A stretch of 64,000 bases of DNA from an uncultured bacterium. GTDB lineage: Bacteria > Bacillota > Clostridia > Lachnospirales > Lachnospiraceae. The number at the start of each line of letters is the position of its first letter. Within the stretch, counting starts at the first letter, position 1. A program made the translations under genes and the position numbers. Positions 8,422 to 18,112 of this stretch are shown one piece after another. The stretch spans positions 548 through 64,547 of the forward strand of contig CAJMQQ010000005.1 of the NCBI GenBank assembly GCA_905215625.1, read 5' to 3'. Below the pieces are notes generated by a model that was given only the letters and a program-made list of their open reading frames with translations, was not told where the DNA came from and searched no databases.

Positions 8422-9645
8422 ATGGCAGGGGTTTACAGCGTCTCCCAGGTCAACAGCTATATCCGGAACCTGTTTGCCCAGGACTTTGCATTAAACAGGA
8501 TTTCCATAAAAGGAGAGGTATCAAACTGCAAATACCATACTTCCGGCCATATATATTTTACCCTGAAGGATGGCTCCAGCGCGATTTCTGCAGTTATGTT
8601 TGCAGGGCAGAGGAAAGGCCTGAATTTCCAGATGCGGGACGGCCAGCAGGTAGTGGCCAGCGGAAATGTGGATGTTTACGAAAGAGACGGAAAGTACCAG
8701 CTCTATGCCAGGGAAATTACCCTGGACGGGGCTGGTGACTTATTTAAACGGTTTGAAGCGCTGAGAGACCAGTTGGAAGAAATGGGAATGTTTGACGCCC
8801 AGTATAAACGTCCGATCCCCCGGTATGCCAGACGGGTCGGCATCGTAACAGCAAGCACCGGAGCGGCTGTCAGGGATATTATGAATATTGCCAGGCGGCG
8901 CAATCCCTTTGTGCAGCTTGTTTTATGCCCGGCCCAGGTTCAGGGGGAACAGGCAAAATACAGCATAGTAAAAGCCATTAAGACCCTGGACAATATGGAA
9001 CTTGACGTGCTGATCGTGGGACGTGGAGGCGGTTCCATCGAGGATTTGTGGGCATTTAACGAAGAAATCGTGGCCAGGGCCATTTTTGCCTGCAAAACCC
9101 CGGTGATTTCTGCCGTAGGCCATGAGACAGACGTGACCATAGCCGATTATGTGGCAGATATGCGGGCTCCGACGCCGTCTGCGGCAGCAGAACTGGCAGT
9201 GTTTGATTACCGTCAGTTTGCAGAACAGATAGAAGGATACCGTCAGGCCCTGATCCGATCCGTACAGCGGCAGGCAGAGAGAACCCGCTACCGCGTCGGA
9301 GAATATCATTACCGTCTGGGATTAAAGGATCCGCAGAAACTTCTGGACGATAAACGACAGCGGGCCATTGAGATAGAAGATAAGATGAACCGGCTGATAA
9401 AGGAGCAGATTTTGGAAAACCGCCACCGTCTGGCCATTCTTTCCGGCCGCTTGTCCGGTATGTCCCCTCTGGAAAAATTAAGCCAGGGCTATGGATTTGT
9501 AAGCGGGCAGGACGGAAAAAAGGTGGTTTCCATCCGCCAGGTAAAGCCGGATGACCAGATTTTCGTCTATGTGCAGGATGGTAAAATCACCGCCCAGGTA
9601 AAATCCGCAGAAGAGGCCTATACAGACAGCCGTAAGGAGCAGTAA
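8422..9645 (+). CDS. xseA: Exodeoxyribonuclease VII large subunit
   Basis: 407 aa starting VYSVSQVNSYIRNLF with an OB-fold N-terminus, and containing GRGGGSIEDLWAFNEE. Confidence 0.95.
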   Translation: MAGVYSVSQVNSYIRNLFAQDFALNRISIKGEVSNCKYHTSGHIYFTLKDGSSAISAVMFAGQRKGLNFQMRDGQQVVASGNVDVYERDGKYQLYAREITLDGAGDLFKRFEALRDQLEEMGMFDAQYKRPIPRYARRVGIVTASTGAAVRDIMNIARRRNPFVQLVLCPAQVQGEQAKYSIVKAIKTLDNMELDVLIVGRGGGSIEDLWAFNEEIVARAIFACKTPVISAVGHETDVTIADYVADMRAPTPSAAAELAVFDYRQFAEQIEGYRQALIRSVQRQAERTRYRVGEYHYRLGLKDPQKLLDDKRQRAIEIEDKMNRLIKEQILENRHRLAILSGRLSGMSPLEKLSQGYGFVSGQDGKKVVSIRQVKPDDQIFVYVQDGKITAQVKSAEEAYTDSRKEQ

Positions 9646-9864
9646 ATGAATGAAAAATTAACCATTGAAGAGACCTTTGAGCTTTTAGAAGAAATTCTTG
9701 CCCAGATGGAGAAACGGGATATTTCCTTAGAGGAAAGTTTCGCCTGTTATGAAAAGGGGATGAAGTTAGTAAAGGCCTGCAATGATAAAATCGATAAAGT
9801 AGAAAAACAGATAATTGTACTGAGCGAGGAACAGGGAGATGAAGACAATGAACCTGGAGCTTGA
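9646..9864 (+). CDS. xseB: Exodeoxyribonuclease VII small subunit
   Basis: 72 aa with ...IEETFELLEEILAQME...LEESFACYEKGMKLVKAC... Lies immediately after xseA. Confidence 0.9.
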   Translation: MNEKLTIEETFELLEEILAQMEKRDISLEESFACYEKGMKLVKACNDKIDKVEKQIIVLSEEQGDEDNEPGA

Positions 9865-10729
9865 GAAACGGACCAGGGAAGTAGAGGAGACAATTTACCG
9901 TTATCTTCCCAAGGAAACAGGTCATCAGAAGACCATTTTTGAGGCAATGAACTACAGCATGAAGGCAGGAGGAAAACGTCTGAGACCTTTGCTGATGCAG
10001 GAAGTCTGCCGGTTGTTCGGCGGTTCTTTAAAAGAAATAGAGCCATTTATGGCGGCTATTGAGATGATTCATACATCTTCTCTCATCCATGACGATCTGC
10101 CCTGCATGGACAATGACCAGTACCGCAGAGGAAAAAAGAGTACCTGGGCAGCGTTCGGGGAAGATATGGGAGTGCTGGCTGGAGACGCTTTGATTGTCTA
10201 TGCATTTGAAACAGCCTGCCAGGCATTTGCCTTGTCAGAATATCCCAGACGGGTGGGAGAGGCCATCCGGATTCTGGCTGAAAAAACCGGAATTTACGGT
10301 ATGATCGGCGGCCAGACCGTAGATGTGGAGCTTACAAACCAGCCAGTTCCCAGAGAGAAACTGGACTTTATTTACCGCTTAAAGACAGGAGCGCTATTAG
10401 AAGCTTCCATGATGATAGGCGCCGTACTAGCCGGAGCAGACGAAGACAGCGTCCGTCTGGTGGAAAAAGCAGCGTCAGAGATTGGCGTGGCCTTTCAGAT
10501 CCAGGACGACATCTTAGATGTAACCAGTAGTCAGGAAGTACTGGGAAAACCGGTTTTAAGCGATGAAAAAAATTGCAAGACCACTTACGTTACCTTAGAA
10601 GGCCTGGAGAAGGCAAGAGAAGATGTGGCAGAGATTTCCCAGGCCGCCATTGAGGATATAAAAGCACTTCCAGGGGAAAATAGATTTTTAGAAGAACTGG
10701 TAGCCATGCTGGTCACCAGAGAAAAATAA
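9848..10729 (+). CDS. ispA: Polyprenyl (farnesyl/geranylgeranyl) diphosphate synthase
   Basis: FARM motif IHDDLPCMDNDQYRRG and SARM motif FQIQDDILD. The ATG at 9848 is preferred on RBS spacing; an in-frame alternative exists at 9839. Confidence 0.9.
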   Translation: MNLELEKRTREVEETIYRYLPKETGHQKTIFEAMNYSMKAGGKRLRPLLMQEVCRLFGGSLKEIEPFMAAIEMIHTSSLIHDDLPCMDNDQYRRGKKSTWAAFGEDMGVLAGDALIVYAFETACQAFALSEYPRRVGEAIRILAEKTGIYGMIGGQTVDVELTNQPVPREKLDFIYRLKTGALLEASMMIGAVLAGADEDSVRLVEKAASEIGVAFQIQDDILDVTSSQEVLGKPVLSDEKNCKTTYVTLEGLEKAREDVAEISQAAIEDIKALPGENRFLEELVAMLVTREK

Positions 10730-10738
10730 GGAGCGTCC

Positions 10739-12601
10739 ATGATACTGGAACAGATAAAAAGCCCGCAGGATGTGAAAAATCTGAGCCAGGAGGAATTGAT
10801 TACCCTGGCGGCAGAGATCCGGGCGTTTCTGATTGAAAAAATCAGCCATACAGGGGGTCATCTGGCGTCAAATCTGGGCGTGGTGGAATTGACCATCGCC
10901 ATGCACCGGGCATTTGATCTTCCAGAGGACAAGATTATCTGGGATGTGGGGCATCAGTCCTATACCCACAAGATTTTAAGCGGAAGAAAAGACGCCTTTG
11001 ACGAGCTGCGCCAATATGGCGGTTTAAGCGGCTTTCCTAAGCGAAAAGAAAGTCCCTATGACGCCTTCGATACCGGCCATAGTTCTACTTCGATTTCTGC
11101 AGGTCTGGGAATTGCCCAGGCCAGGGATCTGCTGGATGAAGATTATACGGTAGTATCGGTTATCGGAGACGGAGCCCTGACGGGAGGAATGGCTTATGAA
11201 GCCTTAAACAATGCCGCCAGAATCCGGAAAAATTTTATTATTGTATTAAACGATAATAAAATGTCGATTTCAGAAAATGTAGGCGGTATGTCCAAGTATT
11301 TAAACGGCCTGCGGACAGATGAAGGATATAACGATCTAAAAAAATGGGTCAGCGATACGCTGGATAAGATTCCAGGCGGCCAGCCGATTATTGATAAGAT
11401 CAAGCGTACCAAAAATGGAATCAAACAGCTTCTGATTCCGGGAATGCTGTTTGAAAATATGGGAATTACCTATCTGGGGCCCATAGACGGCCATGACATC
11501 AGACAGTTGTGCCGCACCTTCCAGGAGGCAAAGAAACTGGATCATGCGGTGCTGGTTCACGTGATTACCAAAAAAGGAAAAGGTTACCGGCCTGCTGAGA
11601 AAAATCCTTCCCATTTCCATGGGGTGGATCCTTTTGATATTGCAACTGGAAAATCCTTGAAAAAGAAGACAAAGCCGTCTTATACCGATATTTTTTCCAG
11701 AACCATCTGCCGGCTTGGGGAAACCCATCCCAATCTGGTGACCGTAACAGCGGCAATGCCGGATGGAACAGGGTTAAAGAAATTTGGTGAAAAGTTTCCG
11801 GACCGGTTTTTTGATGTAGGAATTGCCGAGGCCCACGCAGTAACGTCTGCAGCCGGCATGGCGGCTGGAGGACTGAAACCGGTGGTAGCAGTTTATTCTT
11901 CCTTTTTGCAGAGAGGATTTGATCAGATTCTTCACGACGTCTGTATCCAGAACCTGCCGGTCGTATTTGCAGTAGACAGGGCCGGACTGGTTGGAAGCGA
12001 CGGGGAGACCCATCAGGGGATTTTTGATTTAAGCTTTTTAACCATGATTCCCAATATGACGGTAATGGCGCCGAAAAACAGATGGGAACTGGAAGATATG
12101 GTTTCCTTTGCAGTTGATTACGACGGCCCCATTGCAGTCCGTTACCCAAGAGGGGAAGCCTATGACGGCTTAAAAGAATTCCGGAGTCCCATATCGTATG
12201 GAAAGGGAGAAATGCTGTTTGAAGAACAGGAAATTGCCCTTTTAGCAGCCGGCAGCATGGTCAGCACCGGAGAACACGTCAGAGAGAAGCTGAAAGCAGC
12301 CGGACACGACTGTTCCCTGGCAAACCTGCGTTTTGTAAAGCCCATAGATACAGAACTTCTGGACAGACTGGCAAAAAATCATACTACGATTGTGACAATG
12401 GAAGAAAATGTCCTCCAGGGAGGATTCGGACTGGCAGCAGCGGCATATATCAATACCCGTTATCCAGAAATAAAAGTGGTAAATATTGCCCTTCCGGACG
12501 CATACGTAGAGCACGGAAATGTATCGCTGCTCCGATCCGGATTGGGGATTGACAGCGATTCGATTGTAAAGAAATTATTGGCAGCGGAGCGGAAAGAATG
12601 A
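10739..12601 (+). CDS. dxs: 1-deoxy-D-xylulose-5-phosphate synthase
   Basis: 620 aa with GGHLASNLGVVELT, the thiamine-PP motif GDGALTGGMAYEALNN, and DRAGLVGSDGETHQG. Confidence 0.97.
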   Translation: MILEQIKSPQDVKNLSQEELITLAAEIRAFLIEKISHTGGHLASNLGVVELTIAMHRAFDLPEDKIIWDVGHQSYTHKILSGRKDAFDELRQYGGLSGFPKRKESPYDAFDTGHSSTSISAGLGIAQARDLLDEDYTVVSVIGDGALTGGMAYEALNNAARIRKNFIIVLNDNKMSISENVGGMSKYLNGLRTDEGYNDLKKWVSDTLDKIPGGQPIIDKIKRTKNGIKQLLIPGMLFENMGITYLGPIDGHDIRQLCRTFQEAKKLDHAVLVHVITKKGKGYRPAEKNPSHFHGVDPFDIATGKSLKKKTKPSYTDIFSRTICRLGETHPNLVTVTAAMPDGTGLKKFGEKFPDRFFDVGIAEAHAVTSAAGMAAGGLKPVVAVYSSFLQRGFDQILHDVCIQNLPVVFAVDRAGLVGSDGETHQGIFDLSFLTMIPNMTVMAPKNRWELEDMVSFAVDYDGPIAVRYPRGEAYDGLKEFRSPISYGKGEMLFEEQEIALLAAGSMVSTGEHVREKLKAAGHDCSLANLRFVKPIDTELLDRLAKNHTTIVTMEENVLQGGFGLAAAAYINTRYPEIKVVNIALPDAYVEHGNVSLLRSGLGIDSDSIVKKLLAAERKE

Positions 12602-13407
12602 AAGAACGATTAGATGTACTATTAGTAAAACGTAATCTGGCAGAATCCAGGGAAAAGGCCAAGGCTATTATTATGTCTGGAATCGTCTATGTAGACGGCC
12701 AGAAAGAAGATAAGGCGGGGACGGCTTTTGAAGACACGGTTTCCATCGAAGTACGGGGAAATACTTTAAAATACGTAAGCCGCGGCGGATTAAAACTGGA
12801 GAAGGCCATGACCCATTTCGGCCTTACCCTGGATGGGAAAATCTGCATGGACGTGGGTTCCTCTACAGGAGGATTTACCGACTGTATGCTGCAGAACGGA
12901 GCAGTAAAGGTATATGCAGTAGACGTAGGCCATGGACAACTGGCCTGGAAGCTGCGCAACGATGAGCGGGTAGTCTGCATGGAAAAGACTAACATCCGTT
13001 ACGTAACCAGGGAAGATATTCCGGATCCCATTGATTTTTCCTCAATAGATGTGTCTTTTATTTCCCTTACCAAGGTATTAGGACCGGTCAAAGAACTGCT
13101 GACAGAAAACGGACAGGTGGTATGCCTGATTAAACCCCAGTTTGAAGCTGGCAGGGAAAAGGTAGGGAAGAAAGGCGTCGTACGCGATAAAAGCGTCCAT
13201 CTGGAAGTGATTGAGATGGTAATTTCCTATGCGGAAAGCATTGGATTTGATATTTTAAATCTGGAATACTCCCCAATCCGCGGTCCGGAAGGAAATATTG
13301 AATACCTTCTTTACTTAGGAAACCGTCGGGAAGGACAGGATCCATTTGTACCGGAACATCCGGTATGTCCGCGGGATGTGGTAGAAAAATCCCACGAAAA
13401 TTTGTAA
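12598..13407 (+). CDS. tlyA: TlyA-family rRNA (cytidine-2'-O)-methyltransferase
   Basis: 269 aa with an S4-like N-terminus RLDVLLVKRNLAESREKAK and the SAM motif DVGSSTGGFTD. ATGA overlap with dxs. Confidence 0.9.
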   Translation: MKERLDVLLVKRNLAESREKAKAIIMSGIVYVDGQKEDKAGTAFEDTVSIEVRGNTLKYVSRGGLKLEKAMTHFGLTLDGKICMDVGSSTGGFTDCMLQNGAVKVYAVDVGHGQLAWKLRNDERVVCMEKTNIRYVTREDIPDPIDFSSIDVSFISLTKVLGPVKELLTENGQVVCLIKPQFEAGREKVGKKGVVRDKSVHLEVIEMVISYAESIGFDILNLEYSPIRGPEGNIEYLLYLGNRREGQDPFVPEHPVCPRDVVEKSHENL

Positions 13408-13440
13408 GACAGCATAGAGGGAACAAAGGTCTGGAGAATT

Positions 13441-14286
13441 ATGAACAACTTTTACATCATAGCAAACTCAAATAAAAAAGACCATATCTGGAAAACCGTA
13501 GAGGAAACCCAGGGATATTTAAAACGTCACGGAGCATTCTGTCAGGTACAGGATAATGATTTTAAAAAGGATTCCGGCCGCTATACCGATGCCTCTCTGG
13601 TTCCGGAAAGCGTAAACTGCGTGATTACCATCGGAGGTGACGGAACTTTGATTCAGGCTGCCAGGGATCTGGCAGACCGGGACATTCCCTTGATTGGAAT
13701 TAACCAGGGGCATCTGGGGTATCTGACCCAGGTAAGGCGCAAAGAGGATATTCCGGATATGGCAGACGCTTTGCTGGCAGACCGGTATCAGATTGAAAAA
13801 CGTATGATGCTGGACGGAACGATTCTCCGCCAGGGAAAGGGGATTGCATCTGACATTGCCCTGAATGAGATTGTTCTGACTCATCAGAATGCGATTCAGA
13901 TTCTGCGGTTCGCAGTATATGTCAATGGAGAATTTTTAAACCAATATACGGCAGATGGACTGATTGTGGCGACGCCTACCGGATCAACGGCGTATAATCT
14001 GTCGGCTGGCGGTCCGATTGTAGCGCCGAATGCAGCTATGACGGTTCTGACTCCCATTTGTTCCCATGCGTTAAATGCCAGAAGTATTGTACTTTCGGCA
14101 GAAGATGAAATCTGTATTGAGGTTCAGGAAGGACTTCAGGCGGCAGTCTTTGACGGAGATACCATTGTAAATCTGGAACAGGGGGATCAGCTGGTGATCC
14201 GCAAGTCCAGCCAGGTAACCAGACTGGTGCGTTTAAAACAGATTTCATTTCTGGAGAATTTAAGCACCATGTTAAACCTGACATAA
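13441..14286 (+). CDS. nadK: NAD(+) kinase
   Basis: 281 aa with the GGDGT motif (TIGGDGTLIQAA) and TPTGSTAYNLSAGGPIV. Confidence 0.9.
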   Translation: MNNFYIIANSNKKDHIWKTVEETQGYLKRHGAFCQVQDNDFKKDSGRYTDASLVPESVNCVITIGGDGTLIQAARDLADRDIPLIGINQGHLGYLTQVRRKEDIPDMADALLADRYQIEKRMMLDGTILRQGKGIASDIALNEIVLTHQNAIQILRFAVYVNGEFLNQYTADGLIVATPTGSTAYNLSAGGPIVAPNAAMTVLTPICSHALNARSIVLSAEDEICIEVQEGLQAAVFDGDTIVNLEQGDQLVIRKSSQVTRLVRLKQISFLENLSTMLNLT

Positions 14287-14307
14287 GAAAAAGGCAGGAG
14301 GACGTTG

Positions 14308-14757
14308 ATGAAGGTAGAAAGACATAGCAAAATTGTAGAATTAATTGGAAAATACTCCATCGAAACCCAGGAGGAACTGGCGGAGTATTTAAATAAAGCC
14401 GGTTTTAACGTAACCCAGGCAACCGTATCCAGAGACATCAGGGAATTAAAGCTGACGAAAATCCAGGGGGAAAATGGAAGACAGAGATACGTAGTTTTAA
14501 AGCCGCAGGGAACGTTCAGCGATAAATATATCCGGATTTTACGGGATGGATATTCCAGTATGGATATGGCTCAGAATATTCTGGTGATCAAGACCGTGTC
14601 TGGGATGGCAATGGCAGTTGCAGCAGCTCTGGACGCCATTCATTTCCATGAGATTGTAGGCTGTATTGCAGGGGATGACACCATTATGTGCGCAGTGAGA
14701 AGCGTGGACGACACCATTCTTGTTATGGACAAGATTCGGAAGCTGATTGCAGAATAG
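14308..14757 (+). CDS. argR: Arginine repressor
   Basis: About 149 aa with ...QEELAEYLNKAGFNVTQATVSRDIRELKL... and a C-terminal GDDTI motif. GGAGG lies 9 nt upstream of the ATG at 14308. Confidence 0.9.
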   Translation: MKVERHSKIVELIGKYSIETQEELAEYLNKAGFNVTQATVSRDIRELKLTKIQGENGRQRYVVLKPQGTFSDKYIRILRDGYSSMDMAQNILVIKTVSGMAMAVAAALDAIHFHEIVGCIAGDDTIMCAVRSVDDTILVMDKIRKLIAE

Positions 14758-14767
14758 GGGGCTTCAT

Positions 14768-16435
14768 ATGTTATTGGAACTGCACGTGAGAAATCTGGCT
14801 TTGATTGAAAAAGCAGACATTGAATTTACAGAAGGCCTGAACATTCTCACCGGTGAAACCGGAGCAGGAAAGTCGATTATTATTGGATCCGTTAATATGG
14901 CCCTGGGCGGGAAAACCTCCAGGGACAGCATCCGTACAGGGGCAGAAAATGCGTATATTGAGCTGCTGTTTTCCGTTACGGATCCAGGGAAAATCCAGGC
15001 ATTGAAAGCGCTGGATGCAGAACCGGACGAAGACGGAACCCTGATTATTTCTAGGAAAATCACACCGTCCAGAAGCACGTCCAGAATCAATGATGAGACG
15101 GTAACAAGCAGCCGTTTAAAGGCGATTACCGGACTGCTTTTAGACATTCATGGGCAGCATGAACACCAATCCCTTCTTCATAAATCAAAACATCTGGAAA
15201 TTCTGGATGCCTATCTTTGCGAGAAAACCCACCAGATAAAACAGAAAATAGGAGAAGAATACCTTCACTACCAGGGACTGAAAAAGAAGCTGGAAGAGTT
15301 TCAGTTAGACAAGGAAGGACAGCTTCGGGAAGCGGATTTCTGCCGGTTTGAGATTGAAGAAATCGAGCAGGCAAATCTCAAAGAAGGTGAGGAAGAAGAA
15401 CTGGCTCTGGAATACCGCCGTTTTCTCCATTCCAGAAAAATTACGGAAGGCTTATCTACTGCGTATGAGGCAGTCCAGAACGATGGAATCAGCAGGGCGC
15501 TGAGAGAGATTGACGCAGTTGTACAGTATGATGAAGAAGGCTTGTCAAGCATTAAAAGCCAGTTAAGCGACCTGGAAAACTTGTTAAGCGACGCTGGATG
15601 GGAGATTTCTTCCTACATGGAAAAGATGTCCTTTGATGAGAAAATGTTCCGGGAAACGGAGGAACGGCTGGATCTGATTCGGGGATTAATGGCAAAATAC
15701 GGCGGCAGTGTATCGGCAGTACAGAAAAATCTGGAAGAAAAAAAGAACCGCCTTGCAGAACTGGAAAATTACGATAAAGTCCGGCAGGAAGTGGAAGAAG
15801 AACTGAAAAAAAGCGGGAATCAATTAGAAGAATCCTGTCAATACTTGTCTCAGATACGAAAAGAAGGAGCCAGGGAATTGAGTGAAAAAATCTACCAGGC
15901 CCTGCAGGATTTAAACTTTTTAAATGTTTCATTTACCATTGAAATTACCCGTCTGCCTTATTTTACAGCCAATGGATATGACGAAGCCGAGTTTAAGATT
16001 TCGGCCAATCCAGGCGAACCGGCAAGGCCGTTAAAAGAGGTGGCTTCCGGAGGCGAGCTTTCCAGGATTATGCTTGCTATAAAAGCAGTTCTGGCAGATA
16101 CGGATCAGATTCCAACCCTGATTTTTGACGAAATTGATACCGGTATCAGCGGCCGGACGGCACAAAAAGTATCGGAAAAACTTTCCTATATAGCAAAAAG
16201 TCATCAGGTCATCTGTATTACCCATCTGCCCCAGATTGCGGCTATGGCAGACAGCCATTTTGAGATTTCAAAGAGTGCAAAAGACGGCCGCACCGTGACC
16301 ACTATCAGCCGTCTGGAAGAGGATCAGATGGTAAGAGAACTGGCCAGACTTCTGGGAGGTGCGGAGATTACGGAAACGGTTTTAAACAATGCCAGAGAGA
16401 TGAAAAAATTGGCAGAGGAAACCAAACAAAGATGA
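14768..16435 (+). CDS. recN: DNA repair protein RecN
   Basis: Starts MLLELHVRNLALIEKADIEF, with Walker A GETGAGKS, long coiled-coil regions, an SMC signature GGELSRIML and Walker B LIFDEID. Confidence 0.95.
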   Translation: MLLELHVRNLALIEKADIEFTEGLNILTGETGAGKSIIIGSVNMALGGKTSRDSIRTGAENAYIELLFSVTDPGKIQALKALDAEPDEDGTLIISRKITPSRSTSRINDETVTSSRLKAITGLLLDIHGQHEHQSLLHKSKHLEILDAYLCEKTHQIKQKIGEEYLHYQGLKKKLEEFQLDKEGQLREADFCRFEIEEIEQANLKEGEEEELALEYRRFLHSRKITEGLSTAYEAVQNDGISRALREIDAVVQYDEEGLSSIKSQLSDLENLLSDAGWEISSYMEKMSFDEKMFRETEERLDLIRGLMAKYGGSVSAVQKNLEEKKNRLAELENYDKVRQEVEEELKKSGNQLEESCQYLSQIRKEGARELSEKIYQALQDLNFLNVSFTIEITRLPYFTANGYDEAEFKISANPGEPARPLKEVASGGELSRIMLAIKAVLADTDQIPTLIFDEIDTGISGRTAQKVSEKLSYIAKSHQVICITHLPQIAAMADSHFEISKSAKDGRTVTTISRLEEDQMVRELARLLGGAEITETVLNNAREMKKLAEETKQR

Positions 16436-16447
16436 CAAACTCTGACA

Positions 16448-16476
16448 GATTACATTTTCTGTTTTGACCCATACTA
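16448..16476 (+). promoter_or_regulatory. Possible forespore sigma-G/sigma-F-type promoter for spoIVB
   Basis: GATTA (16448-16452), a 17-nt spacer, then CATACTA (16470-16476). CATACTA fits the B. subtilis sigma-G -10 consensus CATnnTA exactly. The -35 matches GHATR at 4 of 5 positions. Confidence 0.35.
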
Positions 16477-16533
16477 AGTGTGGAGACGCTAAGACTTACG
16501 TAAGCGGTACGCACACAAAGAGGAGGTATGGGC

Positions 16534-17820
16534 ATGACAAAACGGAACCATTTTTATTGTGTGCTGCGCCGGTTATTCTGTGCAGCACTTTTCTTTTTAT
16601 CCGGATTTACCTGGTATTATGTAGAGCGGTCAATACCGGATGAGGTCAATATTGTAGCCAGTGAAGAAGAAATTTTCGATCTGAATCTCCCGTTAAGCAC
16701 CAGCTTTGAAAGCGAAAGCAAAGAGGTGGTAGTAGGTGGAAAATCCAATATTCCAAAAGGCCAGGTAAGAATCACAGGGGGCCAGCCAGTGTCTTTTTAT
16801 TCCGATACCCAGGGCAGCTATAAGGTGGGAGTAAAGCTGTTTGGACTTTTGGAATTAAAGGAAATGAAGGTCAATGTAGTCGATACAGACTATGCAGTTC
16901 CCTGTGGGATTCCGGTTGGAATTTATCTGAAATCCAAAGGTGTTATGGTTATCGGAACGGGAAAAATTACCGATGAAAACGGCCAGGAAACAGAACCGGC
17001 AAATGGGATATTAAAGTCCGGAGATTACATCGAACAAGTAAACGGAGAACCATTAGAAACCAAAGAACAACTGATTGAAGCGGTTAATCAGGCAGGTACA
17101 GACGGAACGGGAACGGTTGAATTACAAATCCGCAGAGACGGTCAGGAAATGGACGTCAGTATGGAAACTGTGGCAGCCCAGGATGGAACGTATAAGCTGG
17201 GAGCCTGGGTCAGAGACGATACCCAGGGTATCGGAACCATGACCTATATGGATTTAAATGGCCATTTTGGAGCGCTGGGACATGGCATCAGCGATGCAGA
17301 TACTGGCCAGGTGGTGGCTATTGAAGGAGGAACCCTTTATGAGACCCAGATTATGGGAATTGAGAAAGGAACCATAGGAAAACCAGGAGTTATGAGCGGA
17401 GTGATTTATTACGGCCCACAGTCCCAGCTTGGTACCATAAATGGAAATACCGAAGAAGGGATTTTCGGAACAGCAGGGGAAAAGCTGCAGAACCGGATTC
17501 AGGCCGAAGCTCTTCCAATCGGTTACCGTCAGGACGTCCATCCAGGTCCGGCCTTGATTCGAAGCAGTGTTTCCGGAGCCGTCACTGACTATGAGATAGA
17601 AATTTTGAAGGTGGATTATTCCACAGACCATAAAAGCAAAGGAATGGTTATTAAGGTAACCGATCCGGAACTTCTTGAATTGACCGGAGGGATTGTCCAA
17701 GGCATGAGCGGCAGCCCCATTATACAAGATGGCAAACTCATCGGGGCCGTCACCCACGTCTTTGTTCAGGATTCTTCAAAAGGGTACGGAATATTTATTG
17801 AGAATATGCTGGAGCATTGA
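16534..17820 (+). CDS. spoIVB: SpoIVB signalling serine peptidase (S55)
   Basis: N-terminal TM helix, a PDZ-like segment (GILKSGDYIEQVNGEPL) and the catalytic region ...GGIVQGMSGSPIIQDGKLIGAVTHVF. The ATG at 16534 has better RBS spacing than the in-frame 16528. Confidence 0.9.
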   Translation: MTKRNHFYCVLRRLFCAALFFLSGFTWYYVERSIPDEVNIVASEEEIFDLNLPLSTSFESESKEVVVGGKSNIPKGQVRITGGQPVSFYSDTQGSYKVGVKLFGLLELKEMKVNVVDTDYAVPCGIPVGIYLKSKGVMVIGTGKITDENGQETEPANGILKSGDYIEQVNGEPLETKEQLIEAVNQAGTDGTGTVELQIRRDGQEMDVSMETVAAQDGTYKLGAWVRDDTQGIGTMTYMDLNGHFGALGHGISDADTGQVVAIEGGTLYETQIMGIEKGTIGKPGVMSGVIYYGPQSQLGTINGNTEEGIFGTAGEKLQNRIQAEALPIGYRQDVHPGPALIRSSVSGAVTDYEIEILKVDYSTDHKSKGMVIKVTDPELLELTGGIVQGMSGSPIIQDGKLIGAVTHVFVQDSSKGYGIFIENMLEH

Positions 17821-17840
17821 GCGATGCAGCAGACATAAGG

Positions 17841-17878
17841 AAAGTCGATATGGGAGCTTGCTCACGATATCGACTTTT
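17841..17878 (+). terminator. Rho-independent terminator after spoIVB
   Basis: Arms AAGTCGATAT / ATATCGACTT with a 15-nt loop, running directly into a T5 tract (TTTTT, 17874-17878); the first two Ts are the end of the 3' arm. Confidence 0.7.
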
Positions 17879-18112
17879 TCTTATGGCTGATATACGGCGA
17901 AAGCCAAACACCGAGGAAAGCAAAGCTTTTCGAGGTGGCCTGGGCGGAGCAGAGGGAGCTTACTCACAAGCTGTCCAAATTAGTTTCAAAAAAATAAAAA
18001 AATTCAGATTTTGAAACTGGACTATTGAAGATGCGATTAGAAGGAAGTATAATAAACAAAAGAGCAGTTTCAGAAAATGAAAAAAATTTGATTTTTGAAA
18101 GCGAGTGAGTTT

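Noticed and set aside
17817-18014. 65-aa ORF immediately after spoIVB
   Set aside because: It spans the spoIVB terminator hairpin, has no RBS and has no recognisable sequence features.
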